From contig JBBDRI010000032.1 of assembly GCA_040905545.1 (NCBI GenBank), positions 89,230 to 121,229 of the forward strand: 32,000 bases of DNA, written 5' to 3'. Every line of letters begins with the position of its first letter. The stretch's first letter is position 1. Made by a program: the position numbers and the translations under genes. This DNA comes from Gemmatimonadota bacterium (GTDB taxonomy: Bacteria > Gemmatimonadota > Gemmatimonadetes > Longimicrobiales > Gaopeijiaceae). Under the pieces are notes generated by a model. That model saw nothing but the letters and a program-made list of their open reading frames with translations, had not been told where the DNA came from and searched no databases. Positions 1 through 9,092 of this stretch are shown piece after piece.

Positions 1-29
1 CCGGGTCCCGGACATATTCCGGGACCCGG
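1..29 (-). terminator. Perfect hairpin (11-bp stem, 7-nt loop) just downstream of the OmpA-like gene; candidate intrinsic terminator
   Basis: CCGGGTCCCGG (1-11), loop acatatt, CCGGGACCCGG (19-29) are exact reverse complements. It lies 22 nt beyond the minus-strand stop codon (51-53). Any U-tract would lie left of position 1 and cannot be seen. Confidence 0.45.
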
Positions 30-50
30 ATCACACCTGACCCCTACAAT

Positions 51-749
51 CTAATCCATTCCATCGGAGGAACCGGCAACCCTGGGGGACGGCCCGGCGC
101 TACCGAAGTCCACTACCACAGCCACCCGACGGTTCTGCCACCCTTCCCCACCGGGGCCGGCGGCGCCGGCGATGATCTGCCGCTCAGGCGCTGAACCGTA
201 ACTCACCGCTCGGATTCGCTGGGCGTCCACACCCCGGCCTACAAGATGATCCTGAACTGCTTCAGCCCTTCGCTGACCCAACCGGAGGTTGTAATCCCGG
301 GAGCCCGAGGGGTCCGCGAAGCCCTCCACGGTGAGAACCGCGTCGGGATAATACCCCTCCAGAATCTCTGCCATCCGATCCAGGAGCGGAATGTCCTCTG
401 AGCGGAGGGCGGCCTCGTCGAAGGCGAAGTGCACCGGGGTGTTGAACCGCACCGCCGACTCCAGTCGCTCCACCGTGACCCGGAACTCGCCCTCCAGTTC
501 CTCCACCGCACCCTCCAGTCCGGCAAGCCGTCCGTCCATGCGGCTCTCCAACTGGCTCATCTCCCCTGTGAGGCGCCCCTCTACGGCTTCATCTCCCTGA
601 GCCATCTCTGTGCGGATACGATCCAGTTCTGTTTCCAACTGATCGGGTTTCACGTGGGCGCACCCTACGAGTCCTGCAGTCAAAGCGAGCACCGCCACCT
701 TTGTGCTTACGGACCCTACCGAGGGTCGAAGTCCCATCCCGCTAGTCAT
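51..749 (-). CDS. OmpA-family (peptidoglycan-associating) lipoprotein
   Basis: C-terminal OmpA_C-like domain: FNTPVHFAFDEAAL...LTVEGFADPSGSRDYNLRLGQRRAEAVQDHLV. N-terminal lipoprotein signal VAVLALTAGLVGC. The 334-aa track ORF is an over-extension. ATG at 749 has GGAG 6 nt upstream on the minus strand; ATG at 773 or 737 are alternatives. Confidence 0.85.
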   Translation of the reverse strand: MTSGMGLRPSVGSVSTKVAVLALTAGLVGCAHVKPDQLETELDRIRTEMAQGDEAVEGRLTGEMSQLESRMDGRLAGLEGAVEELEGEFRVTVERLESAVRFNTPVHFAFDEAALRSEDIPLLDRMAEILEGYYPDAVLTVEGFADPSGSRDYNLRLGQRRAEAVQDHLVGRGVDAQRIRAVSYGSAPERQIIAGAAGPGGEGWQNRRVAVVVDFGSAGPSPRVAGSSDGMD

Positions 750-1000
750 GTCTTTCTCCAGGTCGGAAGTCATGGGTTGGCGGGTAGCCGACACCACCGC
801 CACACCCTCTCGACTTGCAACAATGATGCCAGCCACTCCGACCTCTTTCCATGACCGTTCCCAGGCCAGTTGCCAGGAAGTTTCCGGGATTCTTGCGGGG
901 AGACTCAGGAGAAAAATTCCCAGGCTATCGGAACGATTGCCCGGATTAAAAGGCCGTTGAAGAAGTACAGGGACCACCGGGATATGCCCCGCTCTGCGGT

Positions 1001-1750
1001 TCACTCCACTAAGGGAGGAGGCCGCCGGGGGAAGCCGGGATGCTCTCCCACCCATTCCCGATCCTGGAGCTGGAGGAGCATGTCCTGGAATCCAGAGTGC
1101 ACCAGAGGATACCGCACCCGATACCCCCGCCGATAGATGGAGTAGAGAATCCGCCTCACCTCGTCGGCTGGGAGCACCTCCCGTTCATCACCCACCGGCT
1201 GCCGATAGAGGATGAAGGCAGACGTTGTGCTCTCCGGGTTCATTCCCGGATGAAAGTAGGTGAGATCGAAGGTGATGGCCGCCCGACGCTGGAGGAGGCG
1301 AGTGAGCCAGTCGCTGTCTGCCTCGATCTCTCCCAGAGCCCAAGCCAGGTCGGGGTGACCTGCTGCTCGAGCATCCCTTCGGAGGCAACGCACCAGGGCA
1401 CTTCGGAGAGAAGGCCCCAACCTGCGGCCCTGAAAGTGGGGAGATACAGCCAGATAGGTCACAAAGCCGGCGTTGACACCCTCCAGGTAGATACCGGCTG
1501 CGGTGCCCACCACCTCCCCGTCCGATGTCACCGCCGCCATGAGATGAAAATCCATGGCGGCCAGGAGGCCCATCCTCTTCTCGGCCACCTCACTTCTGAG
1601 CTCGGAGAGGGGCTGCCGGTCAGGCCGGGAGAACGCCTGTCCGATGAGCTCCAGGGCGGCATCCGCCAGGGGTTCCCGCTCGTCGGAGATCTCGAGGATC
1701 TCCACCCTCTTCGGGGAGGGGAATCCTGGGCCGCTTCGGACGGGACTCAC
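1001..1750 (-). CDS. GNAT-family N-acetyltransferase
   Basis: 249-aa ORF with an acetyl-CoA-binding-type motif (YLAVSPHFQGRRLGPSL, i.e. Q/R-x-x-G-x-G/A) and GNAT-like length. GTG start at 1750 overlaps the upstream gene's TGA (GTGA overlap). Confidence 0.65.
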   Translation of the reverse strand: MSPVRSGPGFPSPKRVEILEISDEREPLADAALELIGQAFSRPDRQPLSELRSEVAEKRMGLLAAMDFHLMAAVTSDGEVVGTAAGIYLEGVNAGFVTYLAVSPHFQGRRLGPSLRSALVRCLRRDARAAGHPDLAWALGEIEADSDWLTRLLQRRAAITFDLTYFHPGMNPESTTSAFILYRQPVGDEREVLPADEVRRILYSIYRRGYRVRYPLVHSGFQDMLLQLQDREWVGEHPGFPRRPPPLVE

Positions 1751-2598
1751 ACCGACCGGTCCCCCGGAACCCCGGTGTCATGAGAGGTCTTCTGGGCCGA
1801 CGGCTCCAACCCGAAGATCCGTACGCTGTTCTGCCACAGGATCTGCTCCCGTTCACTTTCCGTGAGCGCTAGTTTCTCCACGAAGGCCAGATAGCTTCCC
1901 ATGTCGCAGATGGGCCAGTCCGTGCCGTAGAGAAGCTTGCTCCGGTCTCCGGCGAAGGCGATGACCTCCTCTACCTGCCTCAGCATGTATCGCTCGAAGC
2001 GCTCTTCGAAGTGCTTCAGGGTAAAGCCCGAAATGTCTCCCACCACGTTGTCGTTCTTGTAGATCACCTCCATGGCATCGGTGATCCAGGGATTTCCGAT
2101 GTGGCAGATGACGAAGGTGACATCCCGGAAGTCAACGGCCACCTCATCCACTTGCAGGGGGTGGGCGTACTTGAGTTTCCCTTTGGGATCGAAGGTGTCG
2201 CCGGTATGGATCATCACCGGCACCCCGAACTCCCCCGCCAGTTCATAGACCACCGTCATCCGGGGATCGCTCACGTAGAATGGCTCGTACCCGGGGTACA
2301 ACTTCAGCCCCCGGATGCGGCCTTCGGTGAGCAGCTGACGAAGCCTCGCGAGATCCTGTGCCCTGTAATTGAGGTAGCTCACCCCTGCCACCACCGTGAT
2401 CTGGGGGTCGTCACCCACCACATCCAGAATCTCATCCACCGAGGGGCGCGCCTCATTCACCTGGTAGCTGGAAAGGACCACCGCATGGTCGATGCCGTGC
2501 CTGTCCATCTCCGATTTGAGCAAGCGGTAGCGCCCTTCCAGGGTGGGAGGATCTTCGTCCTCGTAGCGATTCAGATGCACATGGCAGTCGATGATCAA
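1747..2598 (-). CDS. Metal-dependent TIM-barrel hydrolase (Amidohydro_2 / COG2159-like)
   Basis: N-terminal IIDCHVHL (HxH metal site), internal VMIHTGD and ICHIGNPW, C-terminal LLYGTDWP (Asp ligand). The track ORF (to 2841) overlaps the upstream ATPase gene. A TTG at 2598 directly precedes IIDCHVHL and has GGAG upstream, so I place the start there. Confidence 0.8.
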   Translation of the reverse strand: MIIDCHVHLNRYEDEDPPTLEGRYRLLKSEMDRHGIDHAVVLSSYQVNEARPSVDEILDVVGDDPQITVVAGVSYLNYRAQDLARLRQLLTEGRIRGLKLYPGYEPFYVSDPRMTVVYELAGEFGVPVMIHTGDTFDPKGKLKYAHPLQVDEVAVDFRDVTFVICHIGNPWITDAMEVIYKNDNVVGDISGFTLKHFEERFERYMLRQVEEVIAFAGDRSKLLYGTDWPICDMGSYLAFVEKLALTESEREQILWQNSVRIFGLEPSAQKTSHDTGVPGDRSV

Positions 2599-2665
2599 TG
2601 GAGCACTCCAGGGTTGATGGGATAGGCATGGAAGACCCGAAGGCAGGATGCCAGGTTCCGCCGTG

Positions 2666-4078
2666 TCAGCCGAACAGCTGGGTTGCCTCCACCAGGACCA
2701 GGTCGTCTCCAGTGCGGGCCAGTCGCACCAATTCGCTAGTGAAGCTGCATCCGGACACCATGATGCGCACCCTGCGCTCCCGGCCGAAGCCGTAACGGGT
2801 CTCATCCATATTTCGTTCCAACGCATCCAGATGAAGAACATCCAGAGGGTCTCCGCGCCACCGGGTCACCCCGTAGAACGGCGCTCCGCTGAGAAGCGTA
2901 CCGGCCAGGCCGATACTGTGGTTGGCTCCCCAGATTCCCCCCACTTCCCGGGCCTTGAAGCCCACGCCGGGGATCTCCCGGTGGAGGAGAATCTCTTCCA
3001 CCGCCCGACCCAGATTCCGCTGGGTGGCATCCTCCATCCACTCCTCAAGCCGGCCATCATCCACCCAGCCCGCGCCGGCAAAGCGGAATCGTCCCAGGTG
3101 AGGAAGCACTGCTCTCAACCAGAATTCCACGAAGGGGTCTGCCACCCGATATCGGCGACGGCGTGCTCCTGGCGGTGCGTCCAGGGGCCGCTGGGAATCA
3201 ACCCAGCCCAGCTCCTCCAATCTCGACATATAGGGAGCCACGGCGGCAGAGGTGGTGAATGGCCCCCCCATCTTCACCACCTCCCCCCAACTGCGGGCAC
3301 CGTGGGCCAGTGCCCGGAGAACCGCCAGATACCGGCCTGGTCCCTGGAAGTCCTCCTGGAGCCGGTGAAGTGGCTCCCGGTGTAGCACTCCGTGGGGGTC
3401 CAGAACCAGGTGCCGGATGCTCTCCATCACCGACTTGCCGGGCTCCAGGTGCCGCAGGACCCGAGGAAGCCCACCCAGCGTACACCAACATCGGAGAACA
3501 TCCGCGACGCCGTCGCCCGTATGCTTGGAGCGAATAGCAGGGGGATCCAGGGCTCTGACCTCGGCCACCGAACCCGGTCGGAGGTCATGTCCCGGCGGCA
3601 GGACGAGTGGCGGACGGGGATCGCGAAAAGAGGATCCCTCTCCCCGGAGCCGGTCCAACCAACCCCTGCCTCTCCCCATGAGCACCAGAAGGCGGGGGTC
3701 ACGACTCCGGGCCAGGCGCTGCCAGAACTCTCCCATTTCCCGACCTACCCGGCCTCCGCCGGTGAGGAGATCGTCCGCATCGTCCAGCACCCACACCCGC
3801 GGACCGGGCTGGCTCTCCACCCGTCTCAATAGCTCCCTCCACCCCGGCGGGTCGCCTTCTTGCCCCAGATAGTTCGCCACCTGGCGGCGGACCGCCACAT
3901 CGTCGTGAGCGCGGCATTCGATCCAGGCCACATCCCAGCCAGTCAGGGCCGCCGCCAGCCGAGATGACTTTCCAACGCCCGCCGCTCCGTGAACCCAGAG
4001 CAGACTCGACCGATCCAGGCGCAGACGAGCTGAGACGGCTGGGGCAAGGGAAAGGTGCAGCGGTAGATTGTTGTCCAT
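2666..4078 (-). CDS. AAA+ ATPase with C-terminal DUF234-like (restriction-endonuclease-fold) domain (COG1672-type 'archaeal ATPase' family)
   Basis: Walker A HGAAGVGKSS and Walker B VWVLDDADDL near the N-terminus. The C-terminal third (EIPGVGFKAREVGGIWG...DVLHLDALERNMDETRYGF...) resembles the DUF234 module usually fused to this ATPase. ATG at 4078. Confidence 0.7.
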   Translation of the reverse strand: MDNNLPLHLSLAPAVSARLRLDRSSLLWVHGAAGVGKSSRLAAALTGWDVAWIECRAHDDVAVRRQVANYLGQEGDPPGWRELLRRVESQPGPRVWVLDDADDLLTGGGRVGREMGEFWQRLARSRDPRLLVLMGRGRGWLDRLRGEGSSFRDPRPPLVLPPGHDLRPGSVAEVRALDPPAIRSKHTGDGVADVLRCWCTLGGLPRVLRHLEPGKSVMESIRHLVLDPHGVLHREPLHRLQEDFQGPGRYLAVLRALAHGARSWGEVVKMGGPFTTSAAVAPYMSRLEELGWVDSQRPLDAPPGARRRRYRVADPFVEFWLRAVLPHLGRFRFAGAGWVDDGRLEEWMEDATQRNLGRAVEEILLHREIPGVGFKAREVGGIWGANHSIGLAGTLLSGAPFYGVTRWRGDPLDVLHLDALERNMDETRYGFGRERRVRIMVSGCSFTSELVRLARTGDDLVLVEATQLFG

Positions 4079-4205
4079 TACAGAAATTATCTTAGCCTAT
4101 CAAAAATATCTACCATACCAACCCACACACCCCTTCCCGGGGAGTTGGGAACCGGGCAACTTTCGTACCAGCACTTCCACCCTGAACCCCGAGGTCGTCC
4201 ACACC
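4079..4205. promoter_or_regulatory. Divergent intergenic region (ATPase <-> glnN) with an AT-rich block and phased TATC repeats
   Basis: 4081-4120 (cagaaattatcttagcctatcaaaaatatctaccatacca) is by eye one of the most AT-rich stretches I saw in the high-GC core. TATC occurs at 4088, 4098 and 4107, at 9-10 bp phasing. No consensus promoter could be assigned. Confidence 0.3.
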
Positions 4206-6398
4206 ATGTCTTCCCGAGCTGCGAATCGCTTCGACTCTCTTCAGGCCGCCACCGGATGGAACCCCGAGAATGGTTCCGGCCACCGGACCGGAGGAGGAGA
4301 CTTCCTGGAAGAGATCTACGGATCCCGGACCTTCGGCCTTCCCCAGATGAAGGCCCGCCTGCCGAAGCATGTCTACAAGGCCCTTCTCAGCACCATCGAA
4401 GAGGGAACCCCCATCGATGCTTCCCTGGCTGATGCGGTAGCGGTGGCCATGAAGGATTGGGCCCTGGAGCATGGCGCCACCCACTTCACCCACTGGTTCC
4501 AGCCTCTCACGGGTCTCACGGCGGAGAAACATGACTCCTTCCTGACGGTGGGTCCCGATGGACGCGCCCTCTCGGAGTTCAGTGGGGGTGATCTGGTGCG
4601 GGGCGAGCCCGACGCCTCCTCCTTCCCATCCGGCGGCCTGCGGGCCACTTTCGAGGCTCGCGGTTACACCGCGTGGGACCCCACGTCTCCGGCCTTCCTG
4701 GTGGAGTCCCCCAGCGGGAGCGTCCTCTGCATTCCCACGGGCTTCACCTCGTGGACCGGGGATGCCCTGGACAAGAAGATCCCGTTGCTGCGCTCCCTGG
4801 ATGCCCTGGACAAGCAGACCCGTCGGGCACTGGAGCTCTTCGACGAGCCCGCCACCCGGGTCACGGCTAATCTGGGGCCGGAGCAGGAGTTCTTCCTGGT
4901 GGACCAGGAGTTCTTCTACCGCCGACCCGACCTCATGACCTCCGGACGCACCCTCTTCGGGGCACCCCCGCCCAGGGGTCAGGAGATGGAAGACCACTAC
5001 TTCGGCTCCATCCCTGAACGGGTCCTGGCGTTCATGCACGACGTAGAGACCGAGTTGTACCGTCTGGGGGTACCCATCAAGACCCGGCACAATGAGGTGG
5101 CGCCAGGCCAGTTCGAAATGGCCCCGGTCTATGAGCATGCGAACCTGGCCGCCGATCACCAGCAGCTCACCATGCTGGCCCTGCGAAAATACGCCCGGAA
5201 CTATGGACTCGTCTGCCTCATGCACGAGAAGCCTTTCGCGGGGGTGAACGGCTCGGGCAAGCACCTGAACTGGTCGTTCGGAACGGAGTCCAACAACCTG
5301 CTGGACCCCGGCGAGACCCCCCACGACAACCGTCTCTTCCTCTTCTTCACCACGGCGGTGCTGAGAGCCGTATTTCGCCATCAGGACCTCCTCCGGGCAG
5401 CCATCGCCCATCCCGGAAACGACCATCGTCTGGGGGCCAACGAAGCCCCCCCCTCCATCATCTCCGTCTTCCTGGGCGACCAACTCCAGGACGTCATGGA
5501 CCAGATCGCCGAAACCGGCGAGGCTCAGGGCAGTTCCGAGGGGGGACTTCTGGGCCTGGGAGTGTCCATCCTTCCGGCTCTGCCCCGGCATGCGGGTGAT
5601 CGGAACCGCACCTCACCCTTCGCCTTCACGGGCAATAAGTTCGAATTCCGGGCTGTGGGCGCGTCTCAGAGCATCTCCTTCCCCGCAACCGTGCTGAACA
5701 CCATCGCGGCGGAATCCATCGATGAGATGACCTCTGAGCTGGAGGAGGCTCTCAAGGGGGGCGCTGACCTGCGAGACGCCCTTCGGAGTCTCCTGGCCCG
5801 TGAGATCCGGGCCTGCAAGGACATCGTCTTCAACGGAGACGGATATTCCGACGAATGGGTGGAGGAAGCCGGGCGCCGGGGACTCCTGAACCTCCCCACG
5901 GCCATGGACGCCCTGCCGCGGCTGGTAGACGAGAAGAATCTCGGGTTGTTCGAGAAGTACGACGTGCTTCGCCCGAGGGAGTTGGAATCTCGCTATGAGA
6001 TCATGGTGGAGCGCTACTTCAAATCCATCAACATCGAAGGTGAGACCGCCGCCAACGTGGCTCGGACCATGGTGATCCCGGCAGCCACCCGATACATGGA
6101 CGAACTCCTGGGTGCTGTAGAAAAGGCAGAGGCCCGGGGAATCTCCAGCCCGGCGCTGTTTCGGGAGGCCCAGGAACTGTCAAAGCTTCTGAATGACGCC
6201 CTGGAGGCCCTTCGCACCCTGGAGGCCCAGAACGCAGAACTGGGAGGCGATACGGTTCACTCCAAGGCCGAGCATATGCGGAGCAACATCATTCCCGCCA
6301 TGCGTGCCCTCCGGGAGCACGCAGACCGGTTGGAGCGGACCGTGCCGGACGATCTGTGGCCGCTTCCCACCTACCGGGACATGCTCTTCGTCAAATAG
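4206..6398 (+). CDS. glnN: Glutamine synthetase type III
   Basis: 730 aa from ATG 4206, a typical GSIII length. Strong GSIII-like N-terminal region (FGSRTFGLPQMKARLPKHVYKALLSTIEEGTPID...ATHFTHWFQPLTGLTAEKHDSF) and catalytic core (HNEVAPGQFEMAP, EKPFAGVNGSGKHLNWS). The track's TTG at 4068 is an upstream extension. Confidence 0.93.
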   Translation: MSSRAANRFDSLQAATGWNPENGSGHRTGGGDFLEEIYGSRTFGLPQMKARLPKHVYKALLSTIEEGTPIDASLADAVAVAMKDWALEHGATHFTHWFQPLTGLTAEKHDSFLTVGPDGRALSEFSGGDLVRGEPDASSFPSGGLRATFEARGYTAWDPTSPAFLVESPSGSVLCIPTGFTSWTGDALDKKIPLLRSLDALDKQTRRALELFDEPATRVTANLGPEQEFFLVDQEFFYRRPDLMTSGRTLFGAPPPRGQEMEDHYFGSIPERVLAFMHDVETELYRLGVPIKTRHNEVAPGQFEMAPVYEHANLAADHQQLTMLALRKYARNYGLVCLMHEKPFAGVNGSGKHLNWSFGTESNNLLDPGETPHDNRLFLFFTTAVLRAVFRHQDLLRAAIAHPGNDHRLGANEAPPSIISVFLGDQLQDVMDQIAETGEAQGSSEGGLLGLGVSILPALPRHAGDRNRTSPFAFTGNKFEFRAVGASQSISFPATVLNTIAAESIDEMTSELEEALKGGADLRDALRSLLAREIRACKDIVFNGDGYSDEWVEEAGRRGLLNLPTAMDALPRLVDEKNLGLFEKYDVLRPRELESRYEIMVERYFKSINIEGETAANVARTMVIPAATRYMDELLGAVEKAEARGISSPALFREAQELSKLLNDALEALRTLEAQNAELGGDTVHSKAEHMRSNIIPAMRALREHADRLERTVPDDLWPLPTYRDMLFVK

Positions 6399-6471
6399 TA
6401 CAGACGGCAACGCGTGGGGCGGCTCTCCCTCCCGTGTTGTCTTGGCCCCTCCTTCTCTCCAGCTTGCTGAC

Positions 6472-8025
6472 ATGACCAGGGGAGGAGGGGCCGTTGCATG
6501 TGGGCACCCGGTGACATGCCGGGCCGCGGAAGACGTGCTGCGAGCAGGGGGCAACGCATTCGATGCGGTGGCCGCCGCACTCTGGACGGCGTGCGTGGCT
6601 GAACCCGTACTGGCTTCCGTTGGGGGAGGCGGGTTCCTCATGGCCCGCCCCCATGGGGAGGAAGCCAGGGTCTACGATTTCTTCACCCACACGCCCCACC
6701 GGAGGATCCCACCCGACATCGAGGACTTCCGGGAGATCCAGGCCGATTTCGGTGCGGCCCAACAGGGCTTCCAAATCGGGCTGGGCTCCGCTGCCACCCC
6801 GGGGATGGTGGCGGGCATCTTCCGGTTCCATTCAGAACTGGGAACCCTCCCCCGCCAGGATGTCATGGCTCCGGCCATCGAAGCCGCCCGCCGGGGAGTG
6901 CCTCTGAACGAGGTGGGTGCCTACCTGCTCCAGGTGCTTTCTCCCATCCTCACCGCTACCCCGGGCGCGCAGGCAATCTTCGCACCAGGGGGAAGCCTCC
7001 TCACCCCAGGGGATACCCTCCGGCAGGGAGAACTGGCCCACCTCCTGGAAGCGCTGCTCACGGAAGGACCCGACCTCTTCTACCGGGGAGAAGTGGCGGA
7101 CAAGATCGGGCGAGCCTGTGAGGAAGGCGGAGGCCATCTCACCCGGCAGGATTTTCAGCGGTACCGCGTCCAGGTGCGACGCCCCCTTTCCACCTCGTTT
7201 CGGGCCTCGCGGGTGTGGTCCAATCCTGCGCCGGCATCCGGGGGACTCATGGTGGCCTTCGCCCTCCAGATGCTGGCAGATCCCCGGAGCGCGAGGGAAG
7301 CCATGGAAGCTCCTCTGAACCCGGTGATCCGGGCGGCCCGGGCCCTGGCCGTGACCCAGCGCGCCCGCCTCCAGGAGGGCCTGCTGGACGGCCTGGACGA
7401 CCGGCGGGCGCTGGAAGTCCTCTCACCGGAGATACTGTCTCGATACCGGGCTCTCACACGCCAAGGGTGGCCGGCCACCCGGGGCACCACCCACATCAGT
7501 GTGGTGGATTCCCAGGGCGGGGCCGCAGCGGTGACGGTGTCCAACGGGGAGGGGTGCGGATGGATGGTTCCCGGCACCGGCTTCATGCTGAACAACATGC
7601 TGGGTGAGGAAGACCTTCAGCCCGGGGGATTCCAACGCTGGCCTCTGGCCCAACGCCTCACATCCATGATGGCTCCCACCCTGGTGGAGGAGCCAGACGG
7701 AACCATCACGGTGCTGGGCTCCGGCGGCTCCAACCGGATCCGCTCAGCTCTGGTTCAGGTACTTCGAAGTCTCCTGGAGGAGGGCGTTTCCCTGGAGTCT
7801 GCCATCGCTTTCCCTCGAATCCATGTGGAGGGCGAGACGCTGGAGGTGGAGGGCGGATTCCCATCCCACATCCTGGCCGAACTGGTGAAGGAATGGCCCT
7901 CTCATCGAATCTGGGACGGCATGAATCTGTTCTTCGGCGGGGTTCATGCAGTGCGGAGGGGCCCCGACCTGCTGGAAGCCGGCGGCGACCCGCGTCGGGG
8001 AGGCGTATCAACTCTGGTGGCGTAA
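6472..8025 (+). CDS. ggt: Gamma-glutamyltransferase (Ntn hydrolase)
   Basis: 517 aa from ATG 6472. AVACGHPVTCRAAEDVLRAGGNAFDAVAAA, autoprocessing/nucleophile site RGTTHISVVD, GFMLNNMLGEEDL, and MAPTLV are all GGT hallmarks. The track ORF from 6193 overlaps the glnN 3' end and is an extension. Confidence 0.92.
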   Translation: MTRGGGAVACGHPVTCRAAEDVLRAGGNAFDAVAAALWTACVAEPVLASVGGGGFLMARPHGEEARVYDFFTHTPHRRIPPDIEDFREIQADFGAAQQGFQIGLGSAATPGMVAGIFRFHSELGTLPRQDVMAPAIEAARRGVPLNEVGAYLLQVLSPILTATPGAQAIFAPGGSLLTPGDTLRQGELAHLLEALLTEGPDLFYRGEVADKIGRACEEGGGHLTRQDFQRYRVQVRRPLSTSFRASRVWSNPAPASGGLMVAFALQMLADPRSAREAMEAPLNPVIRAARALAVTQRARLQEGLLDGLDDRRALEVLSPEILSRYRALTRQGWPATRGTTHISVVDSQGGAAAVTVSNGEGCGWMVPGTGFMLNNMLGEEDLQPGGFQRWPLAQRLTSMMAPTLVEEPDGTITVLGSGGSNRIRSALVQVLRSLLEEGVSLESAIAFPRIHVEGETLEVEGGFPSHILAELVKEWPSHRIWDGMNLFFGGVHAVRRGPDLLEAGGDPRRGGVSTLVA

Positions 8026-8080
8026 CACCATCCAGGATGGGGGGCACCCGTACCTGGGCGCCTCACTCCGACTTTTGAAG

Positions 8081-8908
8081 TCAGTCCGGCTTGTGCAGGT
8101 GGACGTCCGTCTGCGGATACGGGATGGAGCAACCTGCCGCCTCCAACTCCTCTTTGAAAGTCCGAACCAGATCTCTCCGGAGTCCCCAGTAGTCTTCGCT
8201 ATTGCACCAGGGCCGCACCACGAAATTCACCGAACTGTCCGCCAGCTCATCCACGGCGATGAGGGGTTCGGGCTCGGCCAACACCCTCTTGTCTGCTCCG
8301 ATAACCCTCTCCAGTACTCCCTGCACCACCTTCAGGTCGTCGTCATAGGAAACCCCCACCACCAGATCCACCCGGCGGGTGGGGTTCGCCGAGAAGTTGC
8401 GGATGGTCTCCGTGAATACCTGGGAGTTGGGAATGGTGACCCGGATGTTGTCGCCGGAGTGGAGCACGGTGAAAAAGAGTCCTACCTCCTGCACGGTCCC
8501 CGAAGTTCCAGCCACATCCACCCAGTTACCCACCACAAACGGCCGAAAGGTGAGGAGCATGACTCCAGAGGCGAAATTGGCCAGCGTGCCCTGCAGCGCC
8601 AGACCCACCGCCAAACCTGCGGCACCCAGCACAGCGATGGCCGACGCGGTCTGCACCCCGAAAAGGTTCAGGACCGCCAGGACCACGAAGACCATGAGGC
8701 CCCAATAGGCCAGCCCCGAAAGGAACGGGATGAGGGTGGGGTCCAACCCTGTACGACCCAGATTGTCCCGGAGGCCCGTCCGGATTCGGGTAGCCACCCA
8801 ACGGCCCAGCAGGAACACGGCCAGTGCACCCAAGGCACTCAGTCCAAATTCGGTGAGGTACTCCACCAGCGTGTCCAGATGCCCTTGCACCGCGAATGAC
8901 TCCTGCAT
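8081..8908 (-). CDS. mscS: Small-conductance mechanosensitive channel (MscS family)
   Basis: 275 aa, three N-terminal TM helices, then the MscS pore/beta-domain signature GAAGLAVGLALQGTLANFASGVMLLTFRPFVVGNWVDVAGTSGTVQEVGLFFTVL...IPNSQV. Convergent with ggt. Confidence 0.9.
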   Translation of the reverse strand: MQESFAVQGHLDTLVEYLTEFGLSALGALAVFLLGRWVATRIRTGLRDNLGRTGLDPTLIPFLSGLAYWGLMVFVVLAVLNLFGVQTASAIAVLGAAGLAVGLALQGTLANFASGVMLLTFRPFVVGNWVDVAGTSGTVQEVGLFFTVLHSGDNIRVTIPNSQVFTETIRNFSANPTRRVDLVVGVSYDDDLKVVQGVLERVIGADKRVLAEPEPLIAVDELADSSVNFVVRPWCNSEDYWGLRRDLVRTFKEELEAAGCSIPYPQTDVHLHKPD

Positions 8909-9092
8909 CGGTCCTATTCCTCTATCTCAAATGGTCTGGTCTGTGGGCGCTTGATCTGCTCAAGGGTGGCCAGCCCCTCTCCCGGGCTGCCAACCCCGGA
9001 AGCCACTTCATGTTTCGGAACCCATGTACCGTGCCAGACTTCCTGGACCCGCATTTGACAGGAGTGGTTAATGAGGCCTAGCCTCGTTGGCC

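Noticed and set aside
4130-4180. A sigma54 (GG-N10-GC) promoter or glutamine-riboswitch-like element upstream of glnN.
   Set aside because: No TGGCAC-N5-TTGC-like spacing could be found around TTGGGAACCGGGCAAC. Only short ambiguous 5-bp stems (TTCCC/GGGAA, CCCGG/CCGGG) are present, which is insufficient for a structured RNA call.
4068-4205. 5' extensions of track ORFs: 4068 for glnN, 6193 for ggt, 14359 for cytochrome c, 14927 for PQQ-DH, 1055 for OmpA, 2841 for the Amidohydro_2 gene, 25547 for the FG-GAP protein, 23634 for the PPIase.
   Set aside because: The extensions overlap neighbouring genes or lack signal-peptide logic. Internal ATG/TTG starts give family-typical N-termini or signal peptides, and several have an RBS. 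They were trimmed accordingly, and exact starts remain uncertain.
4110-5591. Very long alternate-strand or alternate-frame ORFs. Examples: 4110-5591 (-, 493 aa), 21541-23019 (+, 492 aa), 15935-17134 (-), 26258-27322 (-), 27341-28429 (-), 23982-25013 (-), 14939-15889 (-), 22323-23123 (+).
   Set aside because: Each lies entirely inside a gene with clear family motifs on the other strand or frame. Their translations are R/P/G/H-rich with no recognisable motifs. These are the expected shadow ORFs of high-GC DNA, where stop codons are rare.
8026-8080. A bidirectional terminator between the convergent ggt and mscS genes (CCATCCaGGATGG at 8028-40). Similar small hairpins occur at 10747-61 and 11350-67.
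   Set aside because: The stems are only 6-7 bp. The first has a 1-nt centre, which cannot form a loop, and none has a T-tract. They are too weak to annotate.
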